A stretch of DNA of 64,000 nucleotides from an uncultured Gammaproteobacteria bacterium (GCA_964640215.1 CAZXEW010000030.1:17920-81919), one strand, 5' to 3'; shown: positions 27,510 to 37,665, counted from the stretch's first letter. Made by a program: numbers and translations. The notes: generated by a model not told the origin, from the sequence alone.

Positions 27510-30487
27510 TCTGCGATAAATTGGTAGGGTGGTAGAGTTTGGAAAAAGTGAAATAGCTGTTGAAATAGCTGGGTAAGATTACGGTTTTCAGTTGGTGAAT
27601 GAGTTGGGGAGGGTTTGGGGGTAGGTTTTGGTGTTGAGGCAGGTGATGGTTTAGATGAGTGGGTCGGTCGTGGTGATTTTATGGGTTTTGGACTTGCGGA
27701 AGGCCTGAGAGCAGGACTTGGTTTCGGTGAGGGAGTAGGATATGGAGTAAATAACGGTAAGGGTGTGGGAGAAATAGTTGGTGTAGGTGTTGGGGTTGGT
27801 GAGGGGGTGGGTGATGACGTTGGAGATGGTGAAGAAGTTGGTGAAAGTGTCGCTTCTGGAGTTGGTGAGGGACTCGGTGATGAAGAGGGTTCTGCTGTAG
27901 GTGTCGGATCTGGGCTAGGGGTTGGTGTAGGTGAAGGAGTTGGTGATGGAGAAGAAGTTGGAGTTGGCGGCAAAACGATGTTGATAATTGTGGTTTGAGG
28001 CTGTTCTTGATTGCCGGCATTGTCGGTTGAGAAGAATTGGAGAGTGGTTTGGCCTGGTTTTGAGATGATGAATGGTTCGGTATAGATGTTGATTGCTTGA
28101 CCGTTATCCAAGCTATACTCGGTTTTGAGAATTCCTGAGCCGTTGTCGTTGCTGGCCAATTTGACAGTAACTGGTTCAGTATAGTTGTCTTGGTTATCGG
28201 TAGGCTGCTCGATTTGGAGATTAGTGATCGGAGGAGTTTGGTCAGTTCCGGCGATGGTTGAACTTGATGGAGTGTCAATTCCATTGACCGTGATGCTTTG
28301 AGGGGTGAGTGTAGCGGGGTCGATTGGAATCTCAACCGGTGAGCTGGTAGTGATTGGGATGTTTATGTAAGTGGTTGTTTGGGCGATTTGGTCATTAGCG
28401 TAATCTCGGATTTTGGGACTAACTTTGATGTTGGTTGTCGAGCTGATTTTAGCTTTGAGTTTAGGGGCCTTCTTTTTAGCAAAAGCGTGTTTGGTTTTGT
28501 CCTGGACGTTATAGAAAGTATCAGGGATATTGGTTTCGATCTCGCCACTACTGTTTAGACCGGTGTGATTACCGGCATCATCATAGAGGTCTAAATTGCC
28601 ATCATCGATGGTGATCTGTTTGCCTTCGAGGTCGATTTTTTGGCTTTTGATCTCGATCGGATAGCTGTCACCTTCGTTCAGAATAGTTTTGGCGGTTTTC
28701 ATACAGGCGCCGTTTTCATTGATCAAATCGTTGTGGATCTGCTCGGAATAGAAGATTTGAGCGCCAGCAGATAGATCAAGTGAGCCTTTTTTGAGAGAGG
28801 CGCTGTAAAGCGGAACGGTGTGGTCGCCGTTGATATAGGTCTCGTCTTTTTTGGGGAAAAGATTAATTGGCCAGGTGACAGCGTAGGTTTCTTTGATCTG
28901 GCCGATGGTTGGTTGGCCGGTTCCAACACATTGGTAGAGTTTGACTCCGTTGTTTTGGTTAAAAGTGGCGTCTAGGTTAATGTGAAACTGTTCAGCCAGG
29001 TTGAAGGCGGTCATGTTGGAATTTATATTTTTTAGGAGAACCTTAGTTTGGTAGTAATCAAGATCGCCGGTGGCGCCGTTGTTATCGACATCGCTCATAT
29101 CGCTGAATGGGAACGGTAGCTGAGGAGTGGAGTTGTCGTAGAAATCGAAGTACCTAGAAGCTGGTAATAGATCAAACATACTTGTAAAATTTTGAGATAA
29201 ATCCTTAACTTCGCTGTCTGGAATAATATTGAGGTTTAAAAACAGAAATTTAGACTTGATTGGATTACCATAGAGGAGGGTTTTTAATGCTAACGAGGTG
29301 CCTAAATGGGGTGTCCCGAGCTCGATTAGTTTATTAACTTTGGTGGCTCTGGTAGGATTGGAGGTGTAATTTCGGGCGACTAAACCGCCCATGGAGTGGG
29401 AGAGGATATTGACTTTGGGTTGGCCAGTTTTGAGTTTGGCTTGTTCGATCAGGGCATCCAAGTCCTCGACTGTTCCCCCAACGTCTTTTCGCCAATCGTA
29501 GGTGAAGACGAAATAATCCACCCCTTTGGTGTAGCCGTTGTGTTCAAAAAAAGCATCGATCCCGCCGTAACCTTGGGGGGTTGGCCAGCCGGTTAAGCCA
29601 ATATCCGCCTCAGAAGTGACCCCGTCTGATTTTAGCTTCAAAACATCAAAATAATCATCGTTGCCGAGCTGAACAGCCTCGTTTTCATTAACCCAGATTT
29701 TTTCGCCGCTCAGGTAAGTATGTGAGTAGGTGCCGCTATGGCCATTATCGCCCGAGTAGTTAATATCTTGGTTGGCCTTCAGCTCTGAACCGCCAAGTCC
29801 GGGAATAAAGACGACCGGAAATTTTTGTTTACTAAGTGAGGTGACTACGACATTGTCGAAACGGACGATCGAAGTACCGATATCTCCTGTCCAGTAGGAT
29901 AGGGATAATCCGCCGGTTTTGACTTGTGTTCCTGTATCGTCCAAATCAAAAGCCAGGGTTGAGTCAATCCACATTTGGAGGTGTTCGTTGACTATTTCGA
30001 GCTTGAGGTGATAATTTTGGTTTTTTTTGAGCGGGATGGCGTGAGTGTCGACGAGAGTAGAATGGACACCGTTTTCGACTTTAGCTAGGATAACCTCGGG
30101 GGTGTTGTAGGTATTAGCACCGTCATTGAAGCGCATAGTAACCTCGTAGGTGTTGTTGGGGTCTTTTCGGCGGAAACCAATGCCGGCATCGACTCCCCCG
30201 TCCATCCGAATATCCAGTTCGGCTCGGTAGTTGTCCCAGGGTTGGTCTTTGTTGATGCGCCCGGTGTTAAGCCGGCCGGTTTTGAAGCCGAGTAGGCGCT
30301 GTTCTGAGTCGATTGACCAGTTGCCTGATTCAATGGTCCAATTATTGAGATTAGTGGTGAAATTATCGGAAAAAAGAGTGGATCCGGTTTGGTAATTTTC
30401 GGTGGCAAAGGCATTTTTGGGCCAAAGAAAAGCGAAGAGGAGGAGGATTGTCAGAAAACTAGTAAAGACTTTTAATGATCTAGCCAC
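27467..30487 (-). CDS. secreted multidomain protein: LamG/DUF1080-like lectin domain, LCAT/lipase-like alpha/beta hydrolase, Ig-like domains and a C-terminal P/S/T-rich region
   Basis: Signal peptide [39 protein letters not shown] ... [14 protein letters not shown] (GxSxG nucleophile elbow). ~150 aa of PTPSP low complexity near the C-terminus. Confidence 0.65.
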   Translation of the reverse strand: MARSLKVFTSFLTILLLFAFLWPKNAFATENYQTGSTLFSDNFTTNLNNWTIESGNWSIDSEQRLLGFKTGRLNTGRINKDQPWDNYRAELDIRMDGGVDAGIGFRRKDPNNTYEVTMRFNDGANTYNTPEVILAKVENGVHSTLVDTHAIPLKKNQNYHLKLEIVNEHLQMWIDSTLAFDLDDTGTQVKTGGLSLSYWTGDIGTSIVRFDNVVVTSLSKQKFPVVFIPGLGGSELKANQDINYSGDNGHSGTYSHTYLSGEKIWVNENEAVQLGNDDYFDVLKLKSDGVTSEADIGLTGWPTPQGYGGIDAFFEHNGYTKGVDYFVFTYDWRKDVGGTVEDLDALIEQAKLKTGQPKVNILSHSMGGLVARNYTSNPTRATKVNKLIELGTPHLGTSLALKTLLYGNPIKSKFLFLNLNIIPDSEVKDLSQNFTSMFDLLPASRYFDFYDNSTPQLPFPFSDMSDVDNNGATGDLDYYQTKVLLKNINSNMTAFNLAEQFHINLDATFNQNNGVKLYQCVGTGQPTIGQIKETYAVTWPINLFPKKDETYINGDHTVPLYSASLKKGSLDLSAGAQIFYSEQIHNDLINENGACMKTAKTILNEGDSYPIEIKSQKIDLEGKQITIDDGNLDLYDDAGNHTGLNSSGEIETNIPDTFYNVQDKTKHAFAKKKAPKLKAKISSTTNIKVSPKIRDYANDQIAQTTTYINIPITTSSPVEIPIDPATLTPQSITVNGIDTPSSSTIAGTDQTPPITNLQIEQPTDNQDNYTEPVTVKLASNDNGSGILKTEYSLDNGQAINIYTEPFIISKPGQTTLQFFSTDNAGNQEQPQTTIINIVLPPTPTSSPSPTPSPTPTPSPDPTPTAEPSSSPSPSPTPEATLSPTSSPSPTSSPTPSPTPTPTPTISPTPLPLFTPYPTPSPKPSPALRPSASPKPIKSPRPTHSSKPSPASTPKPTPKPSPTHSPTENRNLTQLFQQLFHFFQTLPPYQFIADHFTFRGLTKPHTK

Positions 30488-30543
30488 TTTTTAGGCAGTG
30501 GCTTACGTAACTGTTAAGTTGGGCGAATTATGGGCTCTTTTTA

Positions 30544-31137
30544 TCAAAAAAGCAATGGTGAGTCTGAGATTGGTGGGTTGACTGGTTTGGGGGTAAGACC
30601 GAGGGGTGGCAGCCAGGGTTTATATTGGCAATTTGATCGTGGGGTGCACAGAGGTAGGGTACAAACCCAGATTGGATCATTGGAGGTGAGGTGAAGGATT
30701 GGTGGGTGTTCGGACGAAATTTCGAGACGGCGACCGCCGCCTCGACTTCTAACAGCTTGGATCTGCGGGGCGATGAATATAGGGTTAAGTGAGTCGGCTC
30801 CGGCAATATTAATGCTTGCGAGCATTTGGAAGCGTTGCTCCGGGTTACTGGGATGAAAACTGGCTGATAATAAGCGATATGCACCGGGTTGTGCCAGATA
30901 AGCATTTTCCAATTGAATTTTTAGGCTAAGGATTAGTTCGAGCGTCATCTGTCGTTGTGTCATTTCCGTGCGAGGGTAGCCGATCCGGCGGGACTGTGCA
31001 ATGTGGCGAAAGGGTTGAGGCATGCGATCTATTTTTGCTGACCAGCCTCGGAGTATAGCCAAGTCAGACTCAGCTAATGCAGACAAAACTTGGTACTGTG
31101 TTGTTAGATCTGGAATATCGATGTGTTCAACGCTCAC
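30544..31137 (-). CDS. hypothetical protein
   Basis: 197-aa ORF whose start overlaps the S51 fragment ORF. No motifs recognised; possibly spurious. Confidence 0.3.
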   Translation of the reverse strand: MSVEHIDIPDLTTQYQVLSALAESDLAILRGWSAKIDRMPQPFRHIAQSRRIGYPRTEMTQRQMTLELILSLKIQLENAYLAQPGAYRLLSASFHPSNPEQRFQMLASINIAGADSLNPIFIAPQIQAVRSRGGGRRLEISSEHPPILHLTSNDPIWVCTLPLCTPRSNCQYKPWLPPLGLTPKPVNPPISDSPLLF

Positions 31138-31492
31138 TGGTATATTTTAACAACTTCCCCATAAAAATGGGGAGTTTGGTTAAAGAAAATGCCGCTTTGG
31201 TCATTGCAAGTGTAGATTGTGTGGGTGGTTTGGGCGGCGTAGGTGCGTATTGCGGGAGATCCGCAGGGGTGAAGTGAGGTGAAAATTCAAAGTTGACAAA
31301 GTTGAGGGCGGTTAGGTCTTTGAGACCGATATCGTTGGGATCGGCGAAGGGTAGGGTAGCGACGGCGATGTTGGGAGTAAAAACGATCGTACCGGCGCTG
31401 ACGCCGATGATCAGGCCGCCGTGATCGAGATGGGTTTTGAGGATTCGGCCAAATCGGCGATGGTTAATGTAGTTGAGAAACTCATTGGTCAA
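31127..31492 (-). pseudogene. peptidase S51 (PepE/cyanophycinase-like) fragment lacking the N-terminal ~90 aa
   Basis: HLDHGGLIIGVSAGTIVF (GxSAG nucleophile) and FSPHF (His region). There is no room for the N-terminal half before the divergent ppi gene at 31668. Confidence 0.35.
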
Positions 31493-31667
31493 ATGACTTA
31501 TATTCGGCCTCGGTTTGGTGAAACCAGCTTCTGGCTGCGTCCTGAGGTGAGGAAGAAATATAGGCTATGTTGTGGTCATGGGCGCTGATTTCTGAGGCTA
31601 TTCTAGTTATTATCCAAAATGTTTAAAGAAAGTTGCAGATTGAAGTATTTTTGGGTATAAAGGGGGC

Positions 31668-32348
31668 GTGAATCAGAAGTCGTTTAGTATTATTTTTTTG
31701 ATTGTTTTGGGGATTGCGGTGGCGGTGGTGGTGATATCGAGGCTGAGCGAGGGAGTCAATAGATCGTCGGCTAGCCCGACGCCGGTGCCGAGAATTGATA
31801 GTTTATTTCAACAGAGGGTTGAGTCTTCAGCGCAGGTTTCTCTAGCCACTGCAAGTCCTCAGGTTAGACAGACCAAGCAGTATCCTCACTTTCCGGGGAT
31901 TTATTTGCCGGAGCAGCTTAAGAATAAAAAAATCGTGATTTCAACGGCCAAGGGGAATATTGAATTTGAGATTTATCCGGAAGCGACCAAAGCGGCCTCG
32001 AATTTTATCTATTTGGCTCAGGATAAGTTTTATAATGGTTTAACTTTTCATCGAGTGGAGCCCTTTTTTGTGATCCAAGGTGGTGATCCGAAGAGGGATG
32101 GGTCCGGCGGGCCGGGTTATGTGTTCGAAGATGAAATGGTCAAGCGCGCCTATTCTAAAGGGATTGTAGCCATGGCCAATGCCGGGTCGAATACCAATGG
32201 TTCGCAGTTTTTTATTATGCTATCCGACCACCCGGAGTTACCGCCTAAGTACACCATCTTTGGCAAAGTTATTGCCGGACTTGACGTTGTGGATAAAATC
32301 CAAGCCGGAGACGTCATGCAGTCGGTTTCTGTGGCGAATTTGAAGTGA
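31668..32348 (+). CDS. ppiB: peptidyl-prolyl cis-trans isomerase, cyclophilin type, N-terminally membrane-anchored
   Basis: FHRVEPFFVIQGGDP, MANAGSNTNGSQFFI and TIFGKV are cyclophilin hallmarks. Confidence 0.8.
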   Translation: MNQKSFSIIFLIVLGIAVAVVVISRLSEGVNRSSASPTPVPRIDSLFQQRVESSAQVSLATASPQVRQTKQYPHFPGIYLPEQLKNKKIVISTAKGNIEFEIYPEATKAASNFIYLAQDKFYNGLTFHRVEPFFVIQGGDPKRDGSGGPGYVFEDEMVKRAYSKGIVAMANAGSNTNGSQFFIMLSDHPELPPKYTIFGKVIAGLDVVDKIQAGDVMQSVSVANLK

Positions 32349-32462
32349 AAGTTGAGTTGACATACCGATTCTCGATTGGGTAAAAAGCGCTATATCTTGT
32401 ATATTGACAGAAGTTGGAAACGGTATGGTATGTTAGATATGTTGAAGAGAAAAAGACTTGGG

Positions 32463-32478
32463 ATACAAGATGTTGTAT
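32463..32478 (+). promoter_or_regulatory. candidate NrdR-box-like palindrome ATACAAGATGTTGTAT overlapping the nrdR RBS
   Basis: 6-4-6 inverted repeat read directly. The NrdR box consensus is a 16-bp AT-rich palindrome (acaCwAtATaTwGtgt). A TTGACA (32403-32408) with TGGTATGTT lies upstream. Confidence 0.3.
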
Positions 32479-32483
32479 AAGCT

Positions 32484-32951
32484 ATGAAGTGCTGCTACTG
32501 CGCAAGTGTACTTAGCAAAGTTATTGACAAGCGAGAGGTTCAATCAACAGGGGAAATAAGGCGGCGGCGGGAGTGTTTGAAATGCCATAAACGGTATACG
32601 ACCTATGAGCGGGTGGCGGGTTTGGAGTTGATGGTGATCAAAAGGGATGGTCGCAAGGAGGCCTTTAGCCGGGATAAAATTCGCAGTGGGTTGGAGAGGG
32701 CATTGGAGAAGCGGCCCGGGATCGGTCAGGTGGGTGAGATCGTCGAGCGGATTGAGGCGAAGCTGAGAAGCAAAGGTGAAAAGATGGTAGCCTCGAAAGT
32801 GATCGGTCAGGCGGTGCTGATTGAGCTGCGAAAGATAGATAAAGTGGCTTATTTGCGGTTTGCGTCGGTTTATCGCTCCTTTCAGACGATGGGAGATTTT
32901 TCGAAGGAGCTGGAGTCGCTGGATAAGGTTCATCATAGCGAACATATATGA
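32484..32951 (+). CDS. nrdR: transcriptional repressor NrdR (zinc ribbon plus ATP-cone)
   Basis: MKCCYCAS...RRRRECLKCHKRYTTYER zinc ribbon followed by an ATP-cone. Overlaps the nrdJ start. Confidence 0.85.
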   Translation: MKCCYCASVLSKVIDKREVQSTGEIRRRRECLKCHKRYTTYERVAGLELMVIKRDGRKEAFSRDKIRSGLERALEKRPGIGQVGEIVERIEAKLRSKGEKMVASKVIGQAVLIELRKIDKVAYLRFASVYRSFQTMGDFSKELESLDKVHHSEHI

Positions 32952-35900
32952 AAAAAATTCAAAAACAGCGAGCAGTCTATCAACAAATTAGCCCGGTGAC
33001 CCGGTCGGTTCAGGACAGCGGTGAGATCCGTCCCCGTGTAGACAAGCAGATATTAGGTAAAAAATTTACGCCATGGTTTACTCCTGAGGTGTCGAGTCCG
33101 ACTCAATTGGAAGGTGTCAGACAGAAGGTTTTTTTGGACCGCTACGCCAACAAAGATGAGAAAGGTCAGCCGATTGAGCAAACGCCCGAGGAGATGTGGA
33201 CTAGGGTAGCCAACGGCATCGCTGAGATGGAGAAGACTCCAAAGTTAAAGCGCTATTGGGCGGAGCAATTTTATAAAGCGATGGAAGGGTTTAAGTTTGT
33301 ACCTGGCGGCAGGATTCTGTCTGGTGCCGGGACGGGTTATCAGGTGACGTTTTTTAATTGTTATGTTATCCCCTCCCCTGAGGATTCGCGCCGGGGGATT
33401 ATGGAAAATATTATGCACACAGTCGAGATTCAATCCCGGGCCGGTGGGGTGGGGGTCAATCTATCGTCGCTACGTCCAAACGGGGCCCGGGTTCGTAAGG
33501 TCAATGGGACATCGTCCGGTCCGGTCAATTGGGCGGCGCTATATTCAACAGCTAATCATGATGTGATCCAACACGGGGGTTCGAGGCGGGGGGCGTTAAT
33601 GCTGATGCTGCATGACTGGCATCCGGATTTGGTGGAGTTTATCCATGTTAAAGAAGATCTGTCAAAGATCCCCGGGGCTAATTTGTCGATTTGCGTCTCG
33701 GATAAATTTATGAAGGCGGTTAAAGAGGATGGGGAGTGGACGACCCGGTTTCCAGATCACTCAGATCCGGAGTATGACGAGCTGTGGGATGGCGATATCG
33801 AAGCTTGGGAGGCGAAGGGTAAACCGGTTATGATTTTTGCAACCTATAAAGCCCGGGATCTCTGGCGGCAAATTTGTACGGCGGCCTGGCAGTCAGCTGA
33901 GCCTGGCTTGCATTTTCTGGAGCGGTCAAATAAGCAATCAAACACTTTTTATTTTGAGAAACTTTTGAGCACAAATCCGTGCTTGACAGGAGATACCTGG
34001 GTTCATACCAATGATGGGCCTAAGCAAGTTAGCGATTTAATTGGGACCGAGTTTTTGGCTAGGATTAACGGTCAAAATTATTTATCGGGTCCAGGAGGCT
34101 TCTTTAAAACGGGAACAAAGCAGGTTATCAGGCTCCAAACTGTTGAAGGTTATCATCTGAGGTTAACCCGGAATCACTTGATTAAACGAGTACTTCCGAC
34201 GGCTTCTAGGCAGATAGAGACGGAGTGGTGCGAGGCAGGACAACTCAAGATAGGCGATCAAATTTTGCTTCACGATCATCGAGCGAATCCCTATTGGACT
34301 GGAGAATACAATGATAAGGAAGGATATTTAATGGGGCTGCTGGTTGGTGATGGTACTTTGAAGACTGATAAAGCCGTTTTGTCGGTCTGGGGTGGCGAAA
34401 ATGTTCATAACTTGGCTTATATTCCGGGGGTCCATGAAGTGATGCAGTTTGCCCTGCAAAATGCCTTTTCAGTTCCTCATCGGCGCGATTTTACGGGTTG
34501 GATGGCCATTCCAGGGCGTAACGAACATCGGTTGGCATTAGGATATATCAAACACTTAGCTCACCAACTGGGGATGTTTCCGGGTCGAAAAACAATTACA
34601 CCGGAGGTCGAAAAGACTTCGAGCGATTTTTACCGCGGTTTTTTGAAGGGATTGTTTGATGCTGATGGTTCGGTGCAAGGATTGGATGGTCGCATTTCGG
34701 TTCGGTTAGCTCAATCAGATTTGGGTTTTCTGGAAGCAGTTCAGCGGATGTTACTGCGTCTTGGAATTTTTTCCCACATCTACAAAAATAGACGAAAAGC
34801 TGGTTTGAAACTGCTCCCGGATGGTAAAGGTGGGTATAAAGAATATGCCACTCGGGCCCAGCACGAACTTTCGATCACTAAGGATAATGTGGAAGTTTTT
34901 AACGATTTGATCGGTTTTGCTAACAGTAAGAAAGCAACTGATTTAGCGAATAAGATAAGAGCCCATAGCAAGAGAGGTTTTTACAGTGAAAGGTTTGTGG
35001 TCAGGGTTGAAAGTTTAGAAACTGAAGCTAAAACTGAGGTTTTTGATGTTAAGATTCCGGGTGTAAACTATTTTGATGCCAACGGAATAGTGGCCCATAA
35101 TTGTGGGGAGCAGCCGTTGGGGGCTTGGGCGGTTTGTAATTTGGGGGCGATGAATCTGGCCGCCTATGTCAAGGATGGACAGTTTGATTACACGGGTTTG
35201 GATGCTGATGTGCGGGTGGCGATGCGGTTTATGGATAATGTGGTTAATGCTAATTATTATTTCTACGATATTAATGAAGAGAAAGCCAAAGAGATTCGCC
35301 GGACTGGAATAGGGACGATGGGGTTGGGGGACGCACTGATTAAGATGCAGATGCCGTATGGTTCAGCGGAGAGTTTGGCGGAGATTGAGAAGATTTACAA
35401 AACAATTAGGGACGCGGCCTATGAGACTTCAGCGGATTTAGCAACTGAGAAAGGTCCGTTTCCGATGTTTGTGGCTGAAAAGTTTGCCAAAGGTCATTTT
35501 ATTCGTCAATTGTCACCCTCACTCCAAGCTAAGATTGCTAAGCAGGGGATCAGAAATGCGGTGATACTGACACAGGCGCCGACTGGAACGACCTCGCTGG
35601 TGTCAGGCGTGTCTTCGGGGATTGAGCCGGTTTATGATTTTGCGATGATTAGAAAAGACCGGATCGGGGAGCATGTAATTTATCATCCCCTGTATCAAAA
35701 ATGGATGGAAGAAAATCCGGGGGCGAGTCAGAAACCGGACTATTTTGTGTCAGCCAACGACCTGACGCCAGATGAGCATGTTCAAGTTCAAGCCTTGATT
35801 CAAAAATATACTGACTCGTCGATTTCAAAAACTGTCAACGCGCCGAACAACCACACGATTGAGGATGTCGAAAAATTGTATATGGATGCTTACGATCTGG

Positions 35901-36568
35901 GGTGCAAGGGTGTGACTTATATGCGGGATGGTTCGCGTCTGGGGGTGCTAAGTCATATTGAAGAGAAAAAAGAAGCTGAGCCGGAGGTAGCTGCGCAGCC
36001 GGTGATCATGCATCGGCCGATGATGTTGGCCGGCCGAACTTATAAGGTTGAGACTCCGATGGGCGAGGCATTTATGACTATTAACCGGGACGATCAGAAC
36101 AACCCTTACGAGGTGTTTGTTAATATTGCCAAAGGCGGGATGCATACCAGTGCTGACGCTGAAGCGATCGGCCGGTTGATCTCGATGAATTTGCGCTACT
36201 CAAAGGGCAGTCGAATTGATACGGCCAGGCGGATTGTGTCCCAGCTGCGGGGGATCGGTGGTTCGCACAGTGTCGGGTTTGGTAAAGACCGGGTGATGAG
36301 TTTGGCGGACGCGGTGGCGAAAGTGCTGGCTGAAGAGATTGATTTAGCGACGGGTCAAGGTCAAACACCCGAGCCGGAGATGATGTCACTTCCATTGACT
36401 GTCGAGAGTCCGGCGGTCGATGAGGCAGTGTCTGCGCCCGCTGTTGAATTTAAAAATGGCTTGGCCAAGCACAACCATGCTGATCTTTGTCCGGAATGCG
36501 GCGGGGCCAGCCTGGTTCGGGAAGAGGGTTGCTCGAAATGCTACTCCTGCGGATATTCTAAGTGCTAA
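32948..36568 (+). CDS. nrdJ: ribonucleoside-diphosphate/triphosphate reductase, class II (adenosylcobalamin-dependent), containing an intein
   Basis: Catalytic block NP|CGEQPLGAWAVCNL split by an insertion. C-terminal zinc ribbon CPECGG...CSKCYSCGYSKC. 1206 aa including a 374-aa intein. Confidence 0.9.
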   Translation: MKKIQKQRAVYQQISPVTRSVQDSGEIRPRVDKQILGKKFTPWFTPEVSSPTQLEGVRQKVFLDRYANKDEKGQPIEQTPEEMWTRVANGIAEMEKTPKLKRYWAEQFYKAMEGFKFVPGGRILSGAGTGYQVTFFNCYVIPSPEDSRRGIMENIMHTVEIQSRAGGVGVNLSSLRPNGARVRKVNGTSSGPVNWAALYSTANHDVIQHGGSRRGALMLMLHDWHPDLVEFIHVKEDLSKIPGANLSICVSDKFMKAVKEDGEWTTRFPDHSDPEYDELWDGDIEAWEAKGKPVMIFATYKARDLWRQICTAAWQSAEPGLHFLERSNKQSNTFYFEKLLSTNPCLTGDTWVHTNDGPKQVSDLIGTEFLARINGQNYLSGPGGFFKTGTKQVIRLQTVEGYHLRLTRNHLIKRVLPTASRQIETEWCEAGQLKIGDQILLHDHRANPYWTGEYNDKEGYLMGLLVGDGTLKTDKAVLSVWGGENVHNLAYIPGVHEVMQFALQNAFSVPHRRDFTGWMAIPGRNEHRLALGYIKHLAHQLGMFPGRKTITPEVEKTSSDFYRGFLKGLFDADGSVQGLDGRISVRLAQSDLGFLEAVQRMLLRLGIFSHIYKNRRKAGLKLLPDGKGGYKEYATRAQHELSITKDNVEVFNDLIGFANSKKATDLANKIRAHSKRGFYSERFVVRVESLETEAKTEVFDVKIPGVNYFDANGIVAHNCGEQPLGAWAVCNLGAMNLAAYVKDGQFDYTGLDADVRVAMRFMDNVVNANYYFYDINEEKAKEIRRTGIGTMGLGDALIKMQMPYGSAESLAEIEKIYKTIRDAAYETSADLATEKGPFPMFVAEKFAKGHFIRQLSPSLQAKIAKQGIRNAVILTQAPTGTTSLVSGVSSGIEPVYDFAMIRKDRIGEHVIYHPLYQKWMEENPGASQKPDYFVSANDLTPDEHVQVQALIQKYTDSSISKTVNAPNNHTIEDVEKLYMDAYDLGCKGVTYMRDGSRLGVLSHIEEKKEAEPEVAAQPVIMHRPMMLAGRTYKVETPMGEAFMTINRDDQNNPYEVFVNIAKGGMHTSADAEAIGRLISMNLRYSKGSRIDTARRIVSQLRGIGGSHSVGFGKDRVMSLADAVAKVLAEEIDLATGQGQTPEPEMMSLPLTVESPAVDEAVSAPAVEFKNGLAKHNHADLCPECGGASLVREEGCSKCYSCGYSKC
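33980..35101 (+). mobile_element. intein (374 aa) with LAGLIDADG homing-endonuclease domain inserted in the NrdJ active-site motif
   Basis: Starts with Cys (CLTGDTWVHT), ends with HN followed by the +1 Cys of the CGEQ motif. Two LAGLIDADG motifs: LMGLLVGDGT and LKGLFDADGSV. Confidence 0.8.
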
Positions 36569-36587
36569 CGAGCTATTAATCATTAGG

Positions 36588-36596
36588 TGATATAAT
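36588..36596 (+). promoter_or_regulatory. extended -10 TGATATAAT 7 nt upstream of the mntA ATG (leaderless transcript)
   Basis: ggtgatataatatttccATG. Confidence 0.4.
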
Positions 36597-36602
36597 ATTT
36601 CC

Positions 36603-36890
36603 ATGAAAAATAGGATTGATCAGATTAAGGCTAAGGCATTGCCTATTCTTCAACAAGCAGGAGTAACTCGTTCTGCTATTTTTGGGTCGGTGGCTAGAGG
36701 TGAGGCGAAAGCTGAAAGTGATATTGATATTTTAGTAGATTTTCCGAGGGGTAAGGGTTTATTTGATTTTGTGGGGTTGAAACTTGATTTAGAGGAGGCC
36801 TTAGGTCGGAAAGTCGATTTAGTCCAGTATGGTACTATCAAACCGGCGATTCGAGAATATGTCCTCCGTGATCAAATTCAGATATTATGA
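36603..36890 (+). CDS. mntA: minimal nucleotidyltransferase (MntA-like antitoxin of an NTase/HEPN type VII TA pair)
   Basis: GSVARGEAKAESDIDILVDF (GS...DxD NTase motif). 95 aa. Confidence 0.75.
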   Translation: MKNRIDQIKAKALPILQQAGVTRSAIFGSVARGEAKAESDIDILVDFPRGKGLFDFVGLKLDLEEALGRKVDLVQYGTIKPAIREYVLRDQIQIL

Positions 36891-37237
36891 AGCGGACGAT
36901 AAAGCTATATTTAGATGATATCTTAGAAAGCATTGAGCTTATTCAAAAATACACTGTTAGCCTAACGGAAGAAGAATTTGGTGATAACGTCGCAGTTCAA
37001 GATGCGGTGCTTAGGAGGTTGGAGATAATTGGTGAAGCTAGTAACCACCTACCAGAGGATGTTAGACAGGAATATTCGAATGTCCCCTGGAAAAAGGTCG
37101 TTGGTATGCGTAATCTAATCAGTCACGAATACTTTGCTGCTGACATTGAGGTTGTTTGGGATACTGTAAAAATAGATTTGCCCAAGCTAAAAATAGCCGT
37201 GGAGAGATCAACGCTAGCCAAGGTATCCGAAAACTAA
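36887..37237 (+). CDS. hepT: HepT-like HEPN toxin (DUF86)
   Basis: MRNLISHEY (Rx4-6H HEPN motif). Overlaps the mntA stop. Confidence 0.75.
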   Translation: MKRTIKLYLDDILESIELIQKYTVSLTEEEFGDNVAVQDAVLRRLEIIGEASNHLPEDVRQEYSNVPWKKVVGMRNLISHEYFAADIEVVWDTVKIDLPKLKIAVERSTLAKVSEN

Positions 37238-37248
37238 TAGCTTGTAGG

Positions 37249-37303
37249 CCGCGAAGACGGTTGCGAAAAATGCTGCAGTTGCGGATATTCTAGGTGCTAA
37301 GGA
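37249..37303 (+). repeat. ~55-bp imperfect direct repeat of the nrdJ 3' end (36519-36572)
   Basis: gaagacggttgcgaaaaatgctgcagttgcggatattctaggtgctaaggag versus nrdJ gaagagggttgctcgaaatgctactcctgcggatattctaagtgctaacgag. It would encode EDGCEKCCSCGYSRC* against NrdJ EEGCSKCYSCGYSKC*. Confidence 0.65.
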
Positions 37304-37665
37304 GAAGTGTTGGGGTGTGTTTGTTGGTAGGCTTCAAGGTCAGAGGGGTGAATAAAGTAACCCGGGCCAATACGCACTGCTGGCATCAGACCATTTATTA
37401 CGTTTCGCCAAACAGTCTGTCTTGAAATACCAAGTATTGACCCAGCCTGACCTAGTATAAGCAAATTTTCTCCTGATGATTCGAGTGAGGCATCTGGAAT
37501 TCGTAGACGTTTTCCTAGAGTTGTACGGGCGATATCTATTGTAAGGTCGTCTGCAAGGGCAAGTAGATCAGTTATTGATAATTTTTTAAGATAATCGAAT
37601 TTAGGTTTGCCTAGCGTATCCTGAATTCGTCTGATAATGGATGCATCTGTTTCAGGATTGACCAT
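37297..37665 (-). CDS. DNA-binding protein with C-terminal excisionase/MerR-type HTH (HTH_17)
   Basis: LGISRQTVWRNVINGLMPAVRIGPGYFIHPSDLEAY. Confidence 0.5.
   Translation of the reverse strand: MVNPETDASIIRRIQDTLGKPKFDYLKKLSITDLLALADDLTIDIARTTLGKRLRIPDASLESSGENLLILGQAGSILGISRQTVWRNVINGLMPAVRIGPGYFIHPSDLEAYQQTHPNTSP

Noticed and set aside
27615-27998. 127-aa ORF rich in GVGEGV repeats
   Set aside because: It is the antisense strand of the P/S/T-rich low-complexity coding region of the lipase gene (27467..30487), so it is a frame artefact.
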